In this document: piece by piece, positions 48,838 to 59,261 of the stretch
How the letters are laid out: each line of letters opens with the position of its first letter
Numbering within the stretch: position 1 is the stretch's first letter
Assembly (NCBI GenBank): GCA_033762295.1
Contig: JANRLW010000083.1
Location: 16,600-80,599, forward strand
DNA length: 64,000 nt
Reading direction: 5' to 3'
From: Capsulimonadales bacterium
Lineage (GTDB): Bacteria; Armatimonadota; Armatimonadia; Armatimonadales; Armatimonadaceae
Made by a program: the position numbers and the translations under genes
The notes under the pieces: generated by a model
Seen by the model: the letters and a program-made list of their open reading frames with translations, nothing else
What the model was told of the DNA's origin: nothing
Databases searched by the model: none

Positions 48838-49890
48838 ATGGCAGACACGTTTTATGTGGGCACCTATACGGGCAAGAGCAAGGGCATCTACCTGTGTCAG
48901 TTGAGCGCGACCGGCGCGATCACGATCGTCGACACGACCGGCGGGGTCTCGAACCCGTCGTTTCTGGCGTTGCATCCGTCGAAGCGGTTCCTCTACGCGG
49001 CCTGTGAAACCTACGCCGCCGGCGGCGGCACGATCGCGGCGTTCGCCATCGAGGGGGCGTCGGGGAAACTGAGTCCGCTCAACACGCAGTCGGCGAAGGG
49101 GCAGGGGCCATGTCATGTCGCGGTCGACCATCATGGCCGATATGTGGCCGCCGCCAACTACGGCGACGGGACGGTTGTCTGTCTGCCGATCCAGCCCGAC
49201 GGGCGTCTGGGACCGGCGACCGGATTTCAGGCGCATAAAGGTTCGAGCGTCAATAAATCGCGCCAGAACGAACCGCACGCCCACTCGATCAACTTCGACC
49301 CGGATGATCATTTCGCCGTCGCCTGCGACCTCGGCACCGACAGGGCGTATATCTACCGGTTCGACGCCGGAAAAGGGACGCTGACCCCGAACGATCCGCC
49401 GTCGGTCGAACTGACGCCGGGGGCCGGTCCCCGCCACTTCGCGTTCCATCCGAACAAACGGTTCGCCTATGCGATCAACGAACTCAATAACACGGTGACG
49501 GCGTTTCTCTGGGACGGATCGAAGGGACGGCTGGAGACGATCGAATCGGTGACGACGCTTCCGGACGGGTTTTCCGGGGAGAGCTACACGGCGGAGGTGC
49601 AGGTGCATCCTTCAGGACAGTTCCTGCTCGGGTCCAATCGCGGACACGACAGCCTCGCGGTCTTCGCCATCGACGGTCGAACGGGCAAACTGAAACTGCT
49701 TGGCGTCACCCCGACCGGCGGCAAGAACCCCCGGCACTTCGGCATCTCTCCGAAGGGGGACTTCGTGCTGGCGGCGCACCAGAACACGGATAACATCACC
49801 GTTCTCCGTTTCGACGCCCGCACCGGCAAACTGACCCCCACCGGCCAGTCCGTCGAAATCCCCGCCGCCGTCTGCGTTCGCTTCGTATAG
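48838..49890 (+). CDS. Lactonase family protein (6-phosphogluconolactonase Pgl-like)
   Basis: 'YVGTYT', 'NPSFLA', 'GPCHV', 'PHAHS', 'DLGTD', 'GAGPRH', 'SNRGHDS'; GAGGAG RBS. Confidence 0.92.
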   Translation: MADTFYVGTYTGKSKGIYLCQLSATGAITIVDTTGGVSNPSFLALHPSKRFLYAACETYAAGGGTIAAFAIEGASGKLSPLNTQSAKGQGPCHVAVDHHGRYVAAANYGDGTVVCLPIQPDGRLGPATGFQAHKGSSVNKSRQNEPHAHSINFDPDDHFAVACDLGTDRAYIYRFDAGKGTLTPNDPPSVELTPGAGPRHFAFHPNKRFAYAINELNNTVTAFLWDGSKGRLETIESVTTLPDGFSGESYTAEVQVHPSGQFLLGSNRGHDSLAVFAIDGRTGKLKLLGVTPTGGKNPRHFGISPKGDFVLAAHQNTDNITVLRFDARTGKLTPTGQSVEIPAAVCVRFV

Positions 49891-49942
49891 CGATGCCGCG
49901 TAGCGATGCCGCGACAACGTGCCGTCGAAAGGGAACCGGGAT

Positions 49943-51607
49943 TCAGAAGGCGGCGGTGAGGTTGGCTTCGAAGCGGGACTGCGTTGTCGTCGTGCCCGAC
50001 TGCGGCGAGAGGCGTTCGTTCTCGTAACGTCCGCCGAGGAAGAGGTTGGAACGCAGGTCGTACGAACCGTACAAGCCGAACCCGGTGAGGTTCGGTTCGT
50101 TCCGACCGGCCAGCGTCGCTCCGCGCCGACGCGTCCGAAACTCCGCCGACACCCGCGCCTTCTCGCCGATCTTCGCCTCCGCCCGCCCGAAAAGAACACG
50201 GGCGTTCGGACCGAACGGATGCCCGATACCGAGGTTGTCCCGGTCCCAGGCGGCCGGAGGCGAATAGTTCGAATACGTTTCCCGGTCCGTCGTCACATAT
50301 TCCAGCCGAAGCGCGTACCGTCCGACGCCGCCGAGATCGGGCAGAAACACCCCGTACTGCTGGCCCAGTTTGCGCGGGGTCGTGGTGTTGGCCGGATTCC
50401 CCAGGCGGAACGGCGCCTTGATGTCGTCCAGAACGTAGTCCGCGTACAGGGTCGTCCCGCGTCCGTCCGCCCGGTAGGTGAGCGAAACATCGGCCAGGTA
50501 GTTCAGCCAGTTCGTGTTATCGTAGGCGTCGTTCGCCAGGAAGCCGAACAGGCGTCGGCGACTGCTGGTCGTCCAGTCATTCTGGTATTGATAGTAGGGC
50601 AGGATTTGCGAGAAGATCGCCCCGGGCAGACGGGTGGATTTGAAGGCTTCCCCGACCGAAAAGCGGAACCGTCCGTCCCCGGCCGTCTCCAGGCGGCGTG
50701 CCGAAAGATGCCGTCGTGTGCCGCGCGCATTCTCGGGCGCGGACGGGTCATCCGCCTCGAAGAACTGACCGTACACCTGCGTAAAGGCCAGCGGACCGAG
50801 ACGCCGACCGAACGTACCCGGCACCCGGAACGTCTTTTCGATACGGATCTGCGGCAGACTGGCGATGGCGTCGGAGAGAAGCATGCCCCCCGTGTAGCCC
50901 GGTCCCCAGCGTAGCGGAAGAACGCCGACCGAAACATCCAGCGCACGCCCGTTGACCCGAACGTAAGCGGTTTCGATAGCCGGATAGGACGGTGCGCCGA
51001 CGATCGGTAGCGCGAACCCGGACGTCGGACCGGTGGTGGCTCCGGTTCCCGAAACCCGGAGCGGACGGGGCAGACCCGGCATCGCCCGATACCACTCTTC
51101 CCGGTAGTTTCCTCCGCTCAGAATGGCGATTCCGTCCCGGCCGACCGGGAACGTCGCGGCAAGGCGCAGGGTACCCGTCCCCTGTGCCGGTCCCGACAAC
51201 CCCCGCACCTTGAACGAACCGACCGACTCGCCGATCGCGGCACGGGGGGCGGAGTTGGCCGAACCGGAAAGTCCGAGCGCGGCCAACTCCGGCGCGAATT
51301 CGACGAACAGCGTCCGGCGAACGGCGACAAACGGTTCGTCCGACGCGTCCCCGGTCAGATTTTCGGCGTTCGCCGCCAGAATCCGGGCCACCTCCCGTCG
51401 GGTGAACAGGCGGTCGCCGCGCAGGAAGTCCGAGGCACGGTAGCCCGACAAACGGGCGGCGGCGGCCAGACTGCCGAGCAGATCATAGGCGACGGAACCG
51501 CGCGGAACGAGGTCGTCGGGGCCCGCGAGGGCGGGACCGACCAGAGACGGGAGACAGAAAAGGCTGAGGAGTCCGCAGACCCCTGCTCGCCGGAGAGGAC
51601 CGATCAT
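49943..51607 (-). CDS. Capsule-assembly Wzi-like outer-membrane protein with SLH-like N-terminus
   Basis: Signal peptide; 'VPRGSVAYDLLGSLA...GY...GDRLFTRREVA'; Wzi-like 'RWGPGYTGGMLLSD', 'IGHPFGPN'; terminal Phe. Confidence 0.75.
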   Translation of the reverse strand: MIGPLRRAGVCGLLSLFCLPSLVGPALAGPDDLVPRGSVAYDLLGSLAAAARLSGYRASDFLRGDRLFTRREVARILAANAENLTGDASDEPFVAVRRTLFVEFAPELAALGLSGSANSAPRAAIGESVGSFKVRGLSGPAQGTGTLRLAATFPVGRDGIAILSGGNYREEWYRAMPGLPRPLRVSGTGATTGPTSGFALPIVGAPSYPAIETAYVRVNGRALDVSVGVLPLRWGPGYTGGMLLSDAIASLPQIRIEKTFRVPGTFGRRLGPLAFTQVYGQFFEADDPSAPENARGTRRHLSARRLETAGDGRFRFSVGEAFKSTRLPGAIFSQILPYYQYQNDWTTSSRRRLFGFLANDAYDNTNWLNYLADVSLTYRADGRGTTLYADYVLDDIKAPFRLGNPANTTTPRKLGQQYGVFLPDLGGVGRYALRLEYVTTDRETYSNYSPPAAWDRDNLGIGHPFGPNARVLFGRAEAKIGEKARVSAEFRTRRRGATLAGRNEPNLTGFGLYGSYDLRSNLFLGGRYENERLSPQSGTTTTQSRFEANLTAAF

Positions 51608-51632
51608 GCGCCCATTGTAACGGAAATGGCCT

Positions 51633-52622
51633 CTATTGCACAAATCCGGCTCCGCGGCGACGTTCCCAGGCGAGCGTGGTGCTGATGATGACATCCAGAT
51701 CGTCGTAGGCCGGGGACCAGCCGAGCGTGTTGCGAATCTTCTTCGAACAGGCGGTGACCGCCACCGGATCGCCGGGGCGTCGCCCCTGCTCGATGATGGA
51801 GAACCGGACCTTGGAGATGTCCTGCACATGGGACAACACATCGCGAACGCTGTACCCTCGACCGTAACCGCAGTTGAAGATGTCCGATCTTCCCCCGTTT
51901 TCCAGGTAGCGCAACGCATCGATATGGGCGGCCGCCAGATCCTCGACATGGATGTAATCCCGGATACAGGTGCCATCCGGGGTGTCGTAATCGGTGCCGT
52001 AGATGCTGACCGAGGGGCGTCGACCGAGGGCGGCGTCGCAGGCGGCCTTGATCAGGTGCGGCGCTCCCTGGTAGCGAGGCCCGAGTCGACCTTCCGGATC
52101 CGCGCCCGCGACATTGAAGTAGCGAAGGATCACATATTTCAGGTCGGTCGCCGCGGCCAGGTCCTCGATCATCTGCTCGCTCATCCGTTTGGAGCGTCCG
52201 TAGGGGTTGACCGGGCGGGTCGGGTGGGTTTCGTCCACCGGGTTCCCGGTCGGCTCGCCGTAGACCGCCGCCGTCGAGGAGAAGATCAGATGCTTGACGC
52301 CGAAACTCTGACAGCACTGGAGCAGGTTGAGCGTGTTTCGGGTGTTGTTGGCGTAATATTCCAGCGGTTGCGTCACCGATTCCGGGGCGACGACCGAGGC
52401 GGCGAAGTGGAGAACGGCATCGAAATGATGGCGGGCGAACAGACGCGACAGGCGCGGCATATCCGCCAGATCGCCGAGGACGAGCTGACCGTACAGGACG
52501 GCGGCTTCGGAACCGGTCGAGCAGTTATCGTAGATGACCGGATGGTGTCCGGCCTCGCCGAGTCGTCGAACGACATGCGAACCGATATAACCGGCGCCGC
52601 CGGTCACGAGTAACTGTGCCAT
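51633..52622 (-). CDS. galE: UDP-glucose 4-epimerase
   Basis: 'LVTGGAGYIGSH', 'FSSTAAVYG', 'NPYGRSK', 'LRYFNVAGA', 'DGTCIRDYIHVEDLA'. Confidence 0.95.
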   Translation of the reverse strand: MAQLLVTGGAGYIGSHVVRRLGEAGHHPVIYDNCSTGSEAAVLYGQLVLGDLADMPRLSRLFARHHFDAVLHFAASVVAPESVTQPLEYYANNTRNTLNLLQCCQSFGVKHLIFSSTAAVYGEPTGNPVDETHPTRPVNPYGRSKRMSEQMIEDLAAATDLKYVILRYFNVAGADPEGRLGPRYQGAPHLIKAACDAALGRRPSVSIYGTDYDTPDGTCIRDYIHVEDLAAAHIDALRYLENGGRSDIFNCGYGRGYSVRDVLSHVQDISKVRFSIIEQGRRPGDPVAVTACSKKIRNTLGWSPAYDDLDVIISTTLAWERRRGAGFVQ

Positions 52623-52661
52623 CCGCTCTCCGCCCTTTCCCGGACCGGTGATAAACGCCGG

Positions 52662-53708
52662 TCAGCGTCCTTTCCTAAACAGCACCACCAGGACGGTCTT
52701 CCACGTAATCAACAGGTCCAGAAATGCGGAGCAGTTTTTGATGTAATACAGATCGTAGGCGAGCTTTTCGCGGGCATCGTCGACGGAAGCGCCGTACGGG
52801 TACATGACTTGCGCCCAGCCGGAAAGACCGGGTTTGATCGCGTAACGCGCCTCGTAATGAGGGATCTGCTCGGAGAGCAGACGGTCGAACTCCGGTCGTT
52901 CGGGGCGTGGACCGATCAGGCTCATTTCGCCGCGCAAAACATTCCAGAGTTGCGGCAGTTCGTCCACGCGGGATGTGCGAAGAAAACGACCGACGCGCGT
53001 GATACGGGGGTCCTGTTCGCTCGCCCAGCGTGCGCCCTGCTTTTCGGCGTCCCGATACATCGAACGAAACTTGAACACCCGGAACGGCTTTCCATCCTTG
53101 CCGGTACGGATCTGGCTGTAGAGGATCGGACCGGGACTGTCCAGGCGCACGGCCAGGGCCGCCAGAAGCATCACCGGAGAAAGGGACACCGCCAGCAGGC
53201 CGCCGAACGCGATATCCGTGACCCGTTTGGCGGCGACGTCCGTCGGGTTGGTGCGCAGTCGGAATCCCCGCTCCGAGACGAACCAGGTTTCATCGATGCA
53301 GACCGACGGGATCTTCTTCAGTACCTGCTCGTAGAACGCTCTCAGCCGGTAGATTTGAACGGTCGTCCCGGTCGCCGTCACTGCATCCCGGACGAACTCC
53401 TCCGTACTCTCCCGATCGCCGGTCAGGAACAGCACACTCACCCGCCGGGTTTGGATCAGGGAGGGAAGGTCGCGAAGGGAGCCGAGAACGGGAGGCACGG
53501 GACCGTCCGGAGGGGGGAAAGCGATCTCCGACGAATCCTCGCGAACGAAGGCCACCGGAAGGATGCCGATTTCCGGATGTTCCTGCAAATCAAGGGCAAG
53601 CCGGATGGCCGCACAGTGGGTCCCGATAATGAGGGCCTGCTGCGTTTGCACGCCATCGACGGTTTTCCGTCCTGATTCCAGGACTTTGGGCAGACTGGTT
53701 GTTGACAT
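52662..53708 (-). CDS. Initiating polyprenyl glycosylphosphotransferase (bacterial sugar transferase)
   Basis: 'KFRSM', 'DPRITRVGRFLR', 'DELPQLWNVLRGEMSLIGPRPERP', 'KPGLSGWAQV', 'DLYYI'; start uncertain. Confidence 0.9.
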   Translation of the reverse strand: MSTTSLPKVLESGRKTVDGVQTQQALIIGTHCAAIRLALDLQEHPEIGILPVAFVREDSSEIAFPPPDGPVPPVLGSLRDLPSLIQTRRVSVLFLTGDRESTEEFVRDAVTATGTTVQIYRLRAFYEQVLKKIPSVCIDETWFVSERGFRLRTNPTDVAAKRVTDIAFGGLLAVSLSPVMLLAALAVRLDSPGPILYSQIRTGKDGKPFRVFKFRSMYRDAEKQGARWASEQDPRITRVGRFLRTSRVDELPQLWNVLRGEMSLIGPRPERPEFDRLLSEQIPHYEARYAIKPGLSGWAQVMYPYGASVDDAREKLAYDLYYIKNCSAFLDLLITWKTVLVVLFRKGR

Positions 53709-54037
53709 ACAAGGAACACTGTCTCTGCAGAATGTAATTTCCTGCCGGGTGTGATTCTGTCTACCAAATTTCGTTCCTGCACGGGATCGAAACGGCAGAG
53801 AATAACGGCGATTCCAGCCTGCGCGAACCGACAACGCCATTGTGCGGGGCGTCGGGCCAAACATACCGACCGTGGCACGCTTTCTGATGCCGTCCTTAGC
53901 CGGAAGAAGCGTCCGTTTTGACCGCATGAACCCTCGTGCCTGACCGATTCCGCGAACAAGACGATGGTTTCCGCTTCGGGTTCCCATTCACTGTACCCAA
54001 AACGCATTGAATATGACGCGGCACCAACGGAAAAGAT

Positions 54038-55312
54038 TCAATTTTCCGGGGCCGTATCGGCCAATAGTTGGCAGTAAATTTCCTGCCAGTGCAAAACGCA
54101 ACGTAAACGCTCGAAGTTATGAAGCATCTTCCGGCGTCCGACAGCCCCCATCCGCCGCTGCTGTTCCAGGGAGAGAGACAGGATATCGCAAACGCCCTCG
54201 GCCAATCCGGCAATATCCCCGAGCGGGGCCAGACGGCCGCACGAGGCGTCGACCAGGTCACGGCAACCCCGGACGTCGGTGGCGACGACCGGGAGGCACA
54301 TCGCCAGCGCCTCCTGAATCGCGCAGGGAAGTCCTTCCTGCTTCGACGGGAAAAGAAATATCTGGGACGACGCCAGAATGATCCGCACATCCCGTCGAAA
54401 CCCCAGGAAACGAACGTGCTCCTCGATACGGCGAGTCCGCGCCTCCGAACGGAGGCGGTCGGACATCGCTCCGTCGCCGACCAGCACCAGAAGGCTGTCC
54501 GGAAACCGTTCCCGAACCCGGGCGAAAATCGCCAGGGCGTCCTGCGGACGCTTCCGCGGAATCAACTCCCCGACCATCGTGATCACACGGGTCTGCGGGG
54601 ACGCGCCGATCTCGTCGCGAAAACGGGCGATCTCCCCGGCGCTTACCAGAGCCGGATTGAAGTCCTCATGGACCGACACGCCCACGCCGCCGGTCAGAAA
54701 CAGACGATCCGACGGAACGACTCGGGCGGTCAGCGCCGCCTGATAGTCCTCGTCCGTGATCGTGAGAACCGCGTCCGACCAGTGGTGACCGGCCAGCCGT
54801 TCGGCGGCGCGATAGATGGTGTTGGAAAGCGGGTTGCCGTGCCGGTGAAAGTGGAAACCGTGGGCGGTATAGACACGTCGCGCGGACGTCCGCGCCAGGG
54901 TCGCTGCCAGACGGCCGACAAACCCGCCGGTCGGGTTGTGACAGTGAACGACGGTATAGCCGCCACGGCGGATCAGGGCGACCAACCGGCGCAACGCGGT
55001 GAGATTGGACGGATGGAGCGGAAATCGCCGCATCGGCACTTCGTGCACGGCGTCGGCGTAACGCGCCAGTTCCTCCCGATAGACCGTCGGCTGACAGGCC
55101 ACCTCGACGCGCCATCCTGCGGCGCGTGCCGCGGTCAGATGCGGCAGCATCACACTGATGATGCGGTCCAGCGTCGACACGTACAGAAGGCAGGGCGGGT
55201 GCGCCGATGTCCGTGGGAGACGACCGAGCGGATACGGAGAAACCGACGATGAGGCGTCCGATGAAATCTCGGTTTCGACGGCCGGCGCGACCGGCGGGGC
55301 GGAAACAGCCAT
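54038..55312 (-). CDS. Glycosyltransferase family 4
   Basis: 'VYTAHGFHF', 'GELIPRK', 'FLGFRRDV', 'PSKQEGLP...EALA...VVATDVRGCRDLV'. Confidence 0.92.
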   Translation of the reverse strand: MAVSAPPVAPAVETEISSDASSSVSPYPLGRLPRTSAHPPCLLYVSTLDRIISVMLPHLTAARAAGWRVEVACQPTVYREELARYADAVHEVPMRRFPLHPSNLTALRRLVALIRRGGYTVVHCHNPTGGFVGRLAATLARTSARRVYTAHGFHFHRHGNPLSNTIYRAAERLAGHHWSDAVLTITDEDYQAALTARVVPSDRLFLTGGVGVSVHEDFNPALVSAGEIARFRDEIGASPQTRVITMVGELIPRKRPQDALAIFARVRERFPDSLLVLVGDGAMSDRLRSEARTRRIEEHVRFLGFRRDVRIILASSQIFLFPSKQEGLPCAIQEALAMCLPVVATDVRGCRDLVDASCGRLAPLGDIAGLAEGVCDILSLSLEQQRRMGAVGRRKMLHNFERLRCVLHWQEIYCQLLADTAPEN

Positions 55313-55316
55313 CGGA

Positions 55317-56303
55317 TTACCTCGCTTCCTTCTCCGGGAGAACGGTTCCGGTTCGCAGGGCGTGCCGTGCGGCTTTCGCCATTGCCAGGTGCCGGATCGT
55401 ATAAACGTCGCCCGGCTTGCGTAGAAGGTTCCAACGCAAAAGCATGATTTTCAGTTCCATACCGACCCCGTGGATATAGTGTACCGATTTCAGAGCGCGG
55501 GAATGATGTTTCTCCATGTACTTCATGGCGGAAAGGTGGCTGTTGGCGAAGGTGACGATCGGTTCCTGCTTCCAGGAAGAACCGCCGATATGCGTGATAT
55601 GCGCCTCCGGCCAGAACATCAGACGATAGCCGGCATCCCGCGCCCGTTTGCACCAGTCCACATCTTCGTACATCAGGAAAAACCGTTCGTCCAATCCGCC
55701 GATCCGCTGCAAAGCCTCCCGCCGGATCAGCATGAACGCGCCCAGCAGGCACTCGACGGCACGCGTATCGCGCCGATCCCAGCCCAGGTCCGGCTCCGGA
55801 TTGAAGAGACGGGAACGAGAGAAGAGGCGGTCCAGCAGCAGCGCGCGACAGATCTCCGACCAGGGCGTAATCAATCGGCGACTGCAGGTCCATTGCAGGG
55901 AACCGTCCACGGACTGCACCCGGCAGGACATCGCGGCGACGTCCGACGGCTGTCGGGCCAGAAAATCGACGCACTTTTTCAAAGAGCCGGGCGGCACCAG
56001 CGTATCCGGATTCAGCAGGAGAATATAACCTCCGTGCGCCGCGGCGATCCCCTGGTTGTTTCCGCCCGAAAACCCGACGTTATTCCGGTTGGCGACGAGC
56101 CGTACCTCCGGGAATTCTTCCTGAACCATCTCGACCGTGCCGTCGCCGCTGGCGTTGTCGATCAGCAGCACCTCCGCCGTCAGGCCGTCCAGACCCCCCC
56201 GGCGCAACAGCGTGATCAGACAGTCGCGCACGACGTCCTTCGCCCGGTAGGTGACGATAACGAGGGAAAGATCGATCGTGCGCGGCGAAACGGTGGCGGT
56301 CAA
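55317..56303 (-). CDS. Glycosyltransferase family 2 (WbbL/rhamnosyltransferase-like)
   Basis: 'LSLVIVTY', 'IDNASGDGT', 'NVGFSGGNN', 'LLLNPDT', 'DERFFLMYEDVDWC'. Confidence 0.92.
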   Translation of the reverse strand: MTATVSPRTIDLSLVIVTYRAKDVVRDCLITLLRRGGLDGLTAEVLLIDNASGDGTVEMVQEEFPEVRLVANRNNVGFSGGNNQGIAAAHGGYILLLNPDTLVPPGSLKKCVDFLARQPSDVAAMSCRVQSVDGSLQWTCSRRLITPWSEICRALLLDRLFSRSRLFNPEPDLGWDRRDTRAVECLLGAFMLIRREALQRIGGLDERFFLMYEDVDWCKRARDAGYRLMFWPEAHITHIGGSSWKQEPIVTFANSHLSAMKYMEKHHSRALKSVHYIHGVGMELKIMLLRWNLLRKPGDVYTIRHLAMAKAARHALRTGTVLPEKEAR

Positions 56304-56318
56304 ACGCTACAATCTCCG

Positions 56319-57932
56319 TCAGAAAGTCCTCGCGTCCGTCGCCGACGCGCGCCCGGACGGCAACGCACGGGCCGGGCCTATTTTACCATGAAGGTCCGCG
56401 CGGACGAGCGATAGGCCGCCCTGCACGTAACGGCCGACGACGAGACCTGCCAGCAGCCAGAACAACTGACCGAGAAAATAGGCGTCGAAGATGTTCCCCC
56501 CGATATTCTGGACGAGCAGCCCGCAAAAAAAGGGCAGAACCGTATAGGTCAACGCCCGGTCATCCGCTTCGATACGGGTCCGGGGCGGCCCGACGGCGGA
56601 TTGATGCCGTGCGATCGTCACCAGGACGACGATCAGTCCGCCCGCCCCCGAAAGAAACAGAATTATTCCCGGCAAACCCTGTTCTCCCAGAATCTTGAAA
56701 TACCCTCCGTCCGCGACAAAATCAAAACCGTCGCCCGTCCCGTGGTACATCGCCGACCCGCCGACCCGTCCGAGCCCGCGCCCGGCGGGAAATAGCGGGA
56801 ACGCGCTCAACGCCCTGGTCCACTGGCTCACCCGACCGTAGGCCAGGTCGCTTTTGCTGTCGGCCAGGGAGGTCGTGCGGGTCACCAGCCAGTTCACCCG
56901 CTCGGCGGTACCGAAGAACGAAAAGGCGACCAGAAGGGTCAGGAGTCCGAGCGCCAGTCCGATCGCCAGAATCCGACGGTGACCGCCCCGGAATCCGAAC
57001 AGAACGACACAGGCGACGATCCAGCAGATATGCGCACCCCGCGACATCGAGAAGATCAGCCCGAAAAGAGCCAGCAGGAAAACCGCCCAGAGCGCACGGC
57101 GTCCGACCCGGTCCCGGGGATCGGGCAGGGCCGGCTGTCCGATACGGGCCATACAGAACAGGCCGACCAGACCGCAAAGCGTCCCCCAGTTCTGTTCGGC
57201 GAACAGCAGCGACTGCATGCGCGGATACCATCGGAAAAACGTGTGCGGTTCGAAATTCCCCCAGAACTGTTCGCGGACGACGATAGCCACACGGATCACG
57301 AAGTCCGGACGGAAGAGGAAGTCATAAATGGAAGCGATCGCCAGCAGGCAGAAACCGACAAGCCAGTAACGCAGTATCCGGGGCAGGTCCTCCGGGCGCT
57401 GGTGCAGCCAGCGAGCGAGCAGATAGAAACAGAGCGGGGTCAGAGTGGTATGAACGCCATACATCGTCGCCCGGGCGTCCCCCTCGATCGCCGAAAGGAC
57501 CATGCCGTAGAGGCCGCTGGCAATCAGGAGGACGACGGGAAGATCGAACCGGTTCAGGCGCAGACGGACGCCCGTTCGAATGCCGGTGACGATCAGACTG
57601 ACCCCCATCAGGACCAGCACGACCTCGGGCCACATGCCCACCAGCGTGAGCGGGAGCGGCAGATGGTACAGTTCGCAGACGCCGCGCAGAAAGGTATATT
57701 CCGGAAACAGACAAAGGGCGAGCAGGAAACCGCAGATTGGTCGTGCCAGGATCGCCCGAACCGCCATCAGGCCGCCGAGGCCCGCCGCCAGGAGAAACGC
57801 CGTCTTCGGGTCCGCGATCAGAACGCCTCCCAGAACGGCGGCTCCCAGCGCCAGCGGCCAGACATACCAGGGCACCGGACGCGCCGGCTGGCGGAGAACC
57901 TGCTCCCAGGAAGCGATCGGGCGGACGCTCAT
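56319..57932 (-). CDS. O-antigen ligase / Wzy-like polytopic membrane protein
   Basis: Many TM segments; 'FSMSRGA', 'GRVSQW', 'GRGLG', 'DGGYFKILGEQGLPG'; overlaps the upstream GT4 by 4 nt. Confidence 0.8.
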   Translation of the reverse strand: MSVRPIASWEQVLRQPARPVPWYVWPLALGAAVLGGVLIADPKTAFLLAAGLGGLMAVRAILARPICGFLLALCLFPEYTFLRGVCELYHLPLPLTLVGMWPEVVLVLMGVSLIVTGIRTGVRLRLNRFDLPVVLLIASGLYGMVLSAIEGDARATMYGVHTTLTPLCFYLLARWLHQRPEDLPRILRYWLVGFCLLAIASIYDFLFRPDFVIRVAIVVREQFWGNFEPHTFFRWYPRMQSLLFAEQNWGTLCGLVGLFCMARIGQPALPDPRDRVGRRALWAVFLLALFGLIFSMSRGAHICWIVACVVLFGFRGGHRRILAIGLALGLLTLLVAFSFFGTAERVNWLVTRTTSLADSKSDLAYGRVSQWTRALSAFPLFPAGRGLGRVGGSAMYHGTGDGFDFVADGGYFKILGEQGLPGIILFLSGAGGLIVVLVTIARHQSAVGPPRTRIEADDRALTYTVLPFFCGLLVQNIGGNIFDAYFLGQLFWLLAGLVVGRYVQGGLSLVRADLHGKIGPARALPSGRASATDARTF

Positions 57933-59080
57933 GGCCGGTCTCCGTGCGTGGGAACGGTCAGCGCCTCCTCATAGAGGGCAAGATGACCGGCGACCATGGC
58001 ATCCCGGGTGAAGCGGGCGGCGGTTTGTCGGCCCGCCGCCGAGAGCCGCTCCCGGAGATCGGCGTCGTTCAGGATGTGCAGAATCGCCTCGCCGAGCGCC
58101 TCGACATCGCCTACCCGAACCGTCAGAGCGTTCTCCCCGTTGCTCAAAATCTCATCGTTGCCCTGACAGTGCGTGCTGACGATCGGGCAGCCTGCGGCGA
58201 GCGCCTCGATCACGGCCAGACTGAAGTTTTCGCGGGCCGACGGAAGAACCCAGACGGTCGCCGCCGCCAACCAGTCGGGAATATTGTGCTGATGACCGGG
58301 CAGGTGAACCCGGTCCCGTCCGACCGGCAGGGCATCGATGGCCGCGCGTACCTCCGTTTCGAGCGGTCCGCTGCCGACCATGGCGAACCGGACGTCCGGA
58401 TGGGTTCGAGCGACCTTGCCGAACGCTCGAACGGCGTCCACCGGGCGTTTCTGCGGATGGAGTCGGGACGCAAAGAGAATCAGCGGCGTATCCGGGCCGA
58501 TCCCCAGCGTTTCGCGCGCCTTATGTCCGTCTCCCTGTGCGTACCGGGTCGTTTCGACGCCATTACGGAGGGTCACGACACGATCCGCCGGAAGACCGTA
58601 AGCCTCCTGGGTCCGCTTGCCGTGCGCCGACGGGCAGATGACCCGGCGAATCCGGCGAACGGCAACCTGCCGCCAGAACCGTGCGCGGGCGGAACCGGGC
58701 ACCATCTCGGCGTCCGCGCTATGAATGGTCGCGAAGACGCGCCGGGGACGTAGCAGGTCGAGCATCGCCAGTGTGATCCTTGGCAGGCAGATATCGCCGG
58801 TATGGAGATGCAGGATCGGGGTCGAGCGGTAGGGGAGCATCAGCTTCAGGACGTCGAGCGGGTTCTGGGCTCCGGTATCGAACCGGATGACGGCCGTCTT
58901 CAGGGTCAGGTTGGGTCGGTCGCGGTAGGCATCCAGAAACTTTTGCAGTCCTTCCAGTTCGGGGACGACGACGGTGGTCCGCCACCCCTGCGCCGCGACT
59001 CCGGCCGCCAGTTCGAACATCTGCATCGCCTCGCCGCCGAGACCGCCGGTATACCCGATATAGACTATCTCCCGCCGCAT
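57929..59080 (-). CDS. Glycosyltransferase family 4
   Basis: 'LRNGVE', 'SRLHPQK', 'VGSGPLE', 'PSARENFSLAVIEALAAG'; AGGAG immediately upstream. Confidence 0.92.
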   Translation of the reverse strand: MRREIVYIGYTGGLGGEAMQMFELAAGVAAQGWRTTVVVPELEGLQKFLDAYRDRPNLTLKTAVIRFDTGAQNPLDVLKLMLPYRSTPILHLHTGDICLPRITLAMLDLLRPRRVFATIHSADAEMVPGSARARFWRQVAVRRIRRVICPSAHGKRTQEAYGLPADRVVTLRNGVETTRYAQGDGHKARETLGIGPDTPLILFASRLHPQKRPVDAVRAFGKVARTHPDVRFAMVGSGPLETEVRAAIDALPVGRDRVHLPGHQHNIPDWLAAATVWVLPSARENFSLAVIEALAAGCPIVSTHCQGNDEILSNGENALTVRVGDVEALGEAILHILNDADLRERLSAAGRQTAARFTRDAMVAGHLALYEEALTVPTHGDRP

Positions 59081-59261
59081 CTCCTACACCTTACCACATG
59101 GCGTTCCCATACCTGGCCGATGGATTCCGGCCCGAAGCTACTATCCGGGGCTTCCGGAATCCGTTGAAAACCGGCGAGAGTGGATGCGAGAGGGACGGAT
59201 GGATCATTCGTCGATTCCGAATGGTATTCCGACAGGGTACTCTGATTCCGGGAGGAAAGGA

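Noticed and set aside
59081..59200. Possible remnant of a glycosyltransferase C-terminus ('FGPESIGQVWE', minus strand) upstream of the GT4
   Set aside because: Too short and weak to support a pseudogene call without a search.
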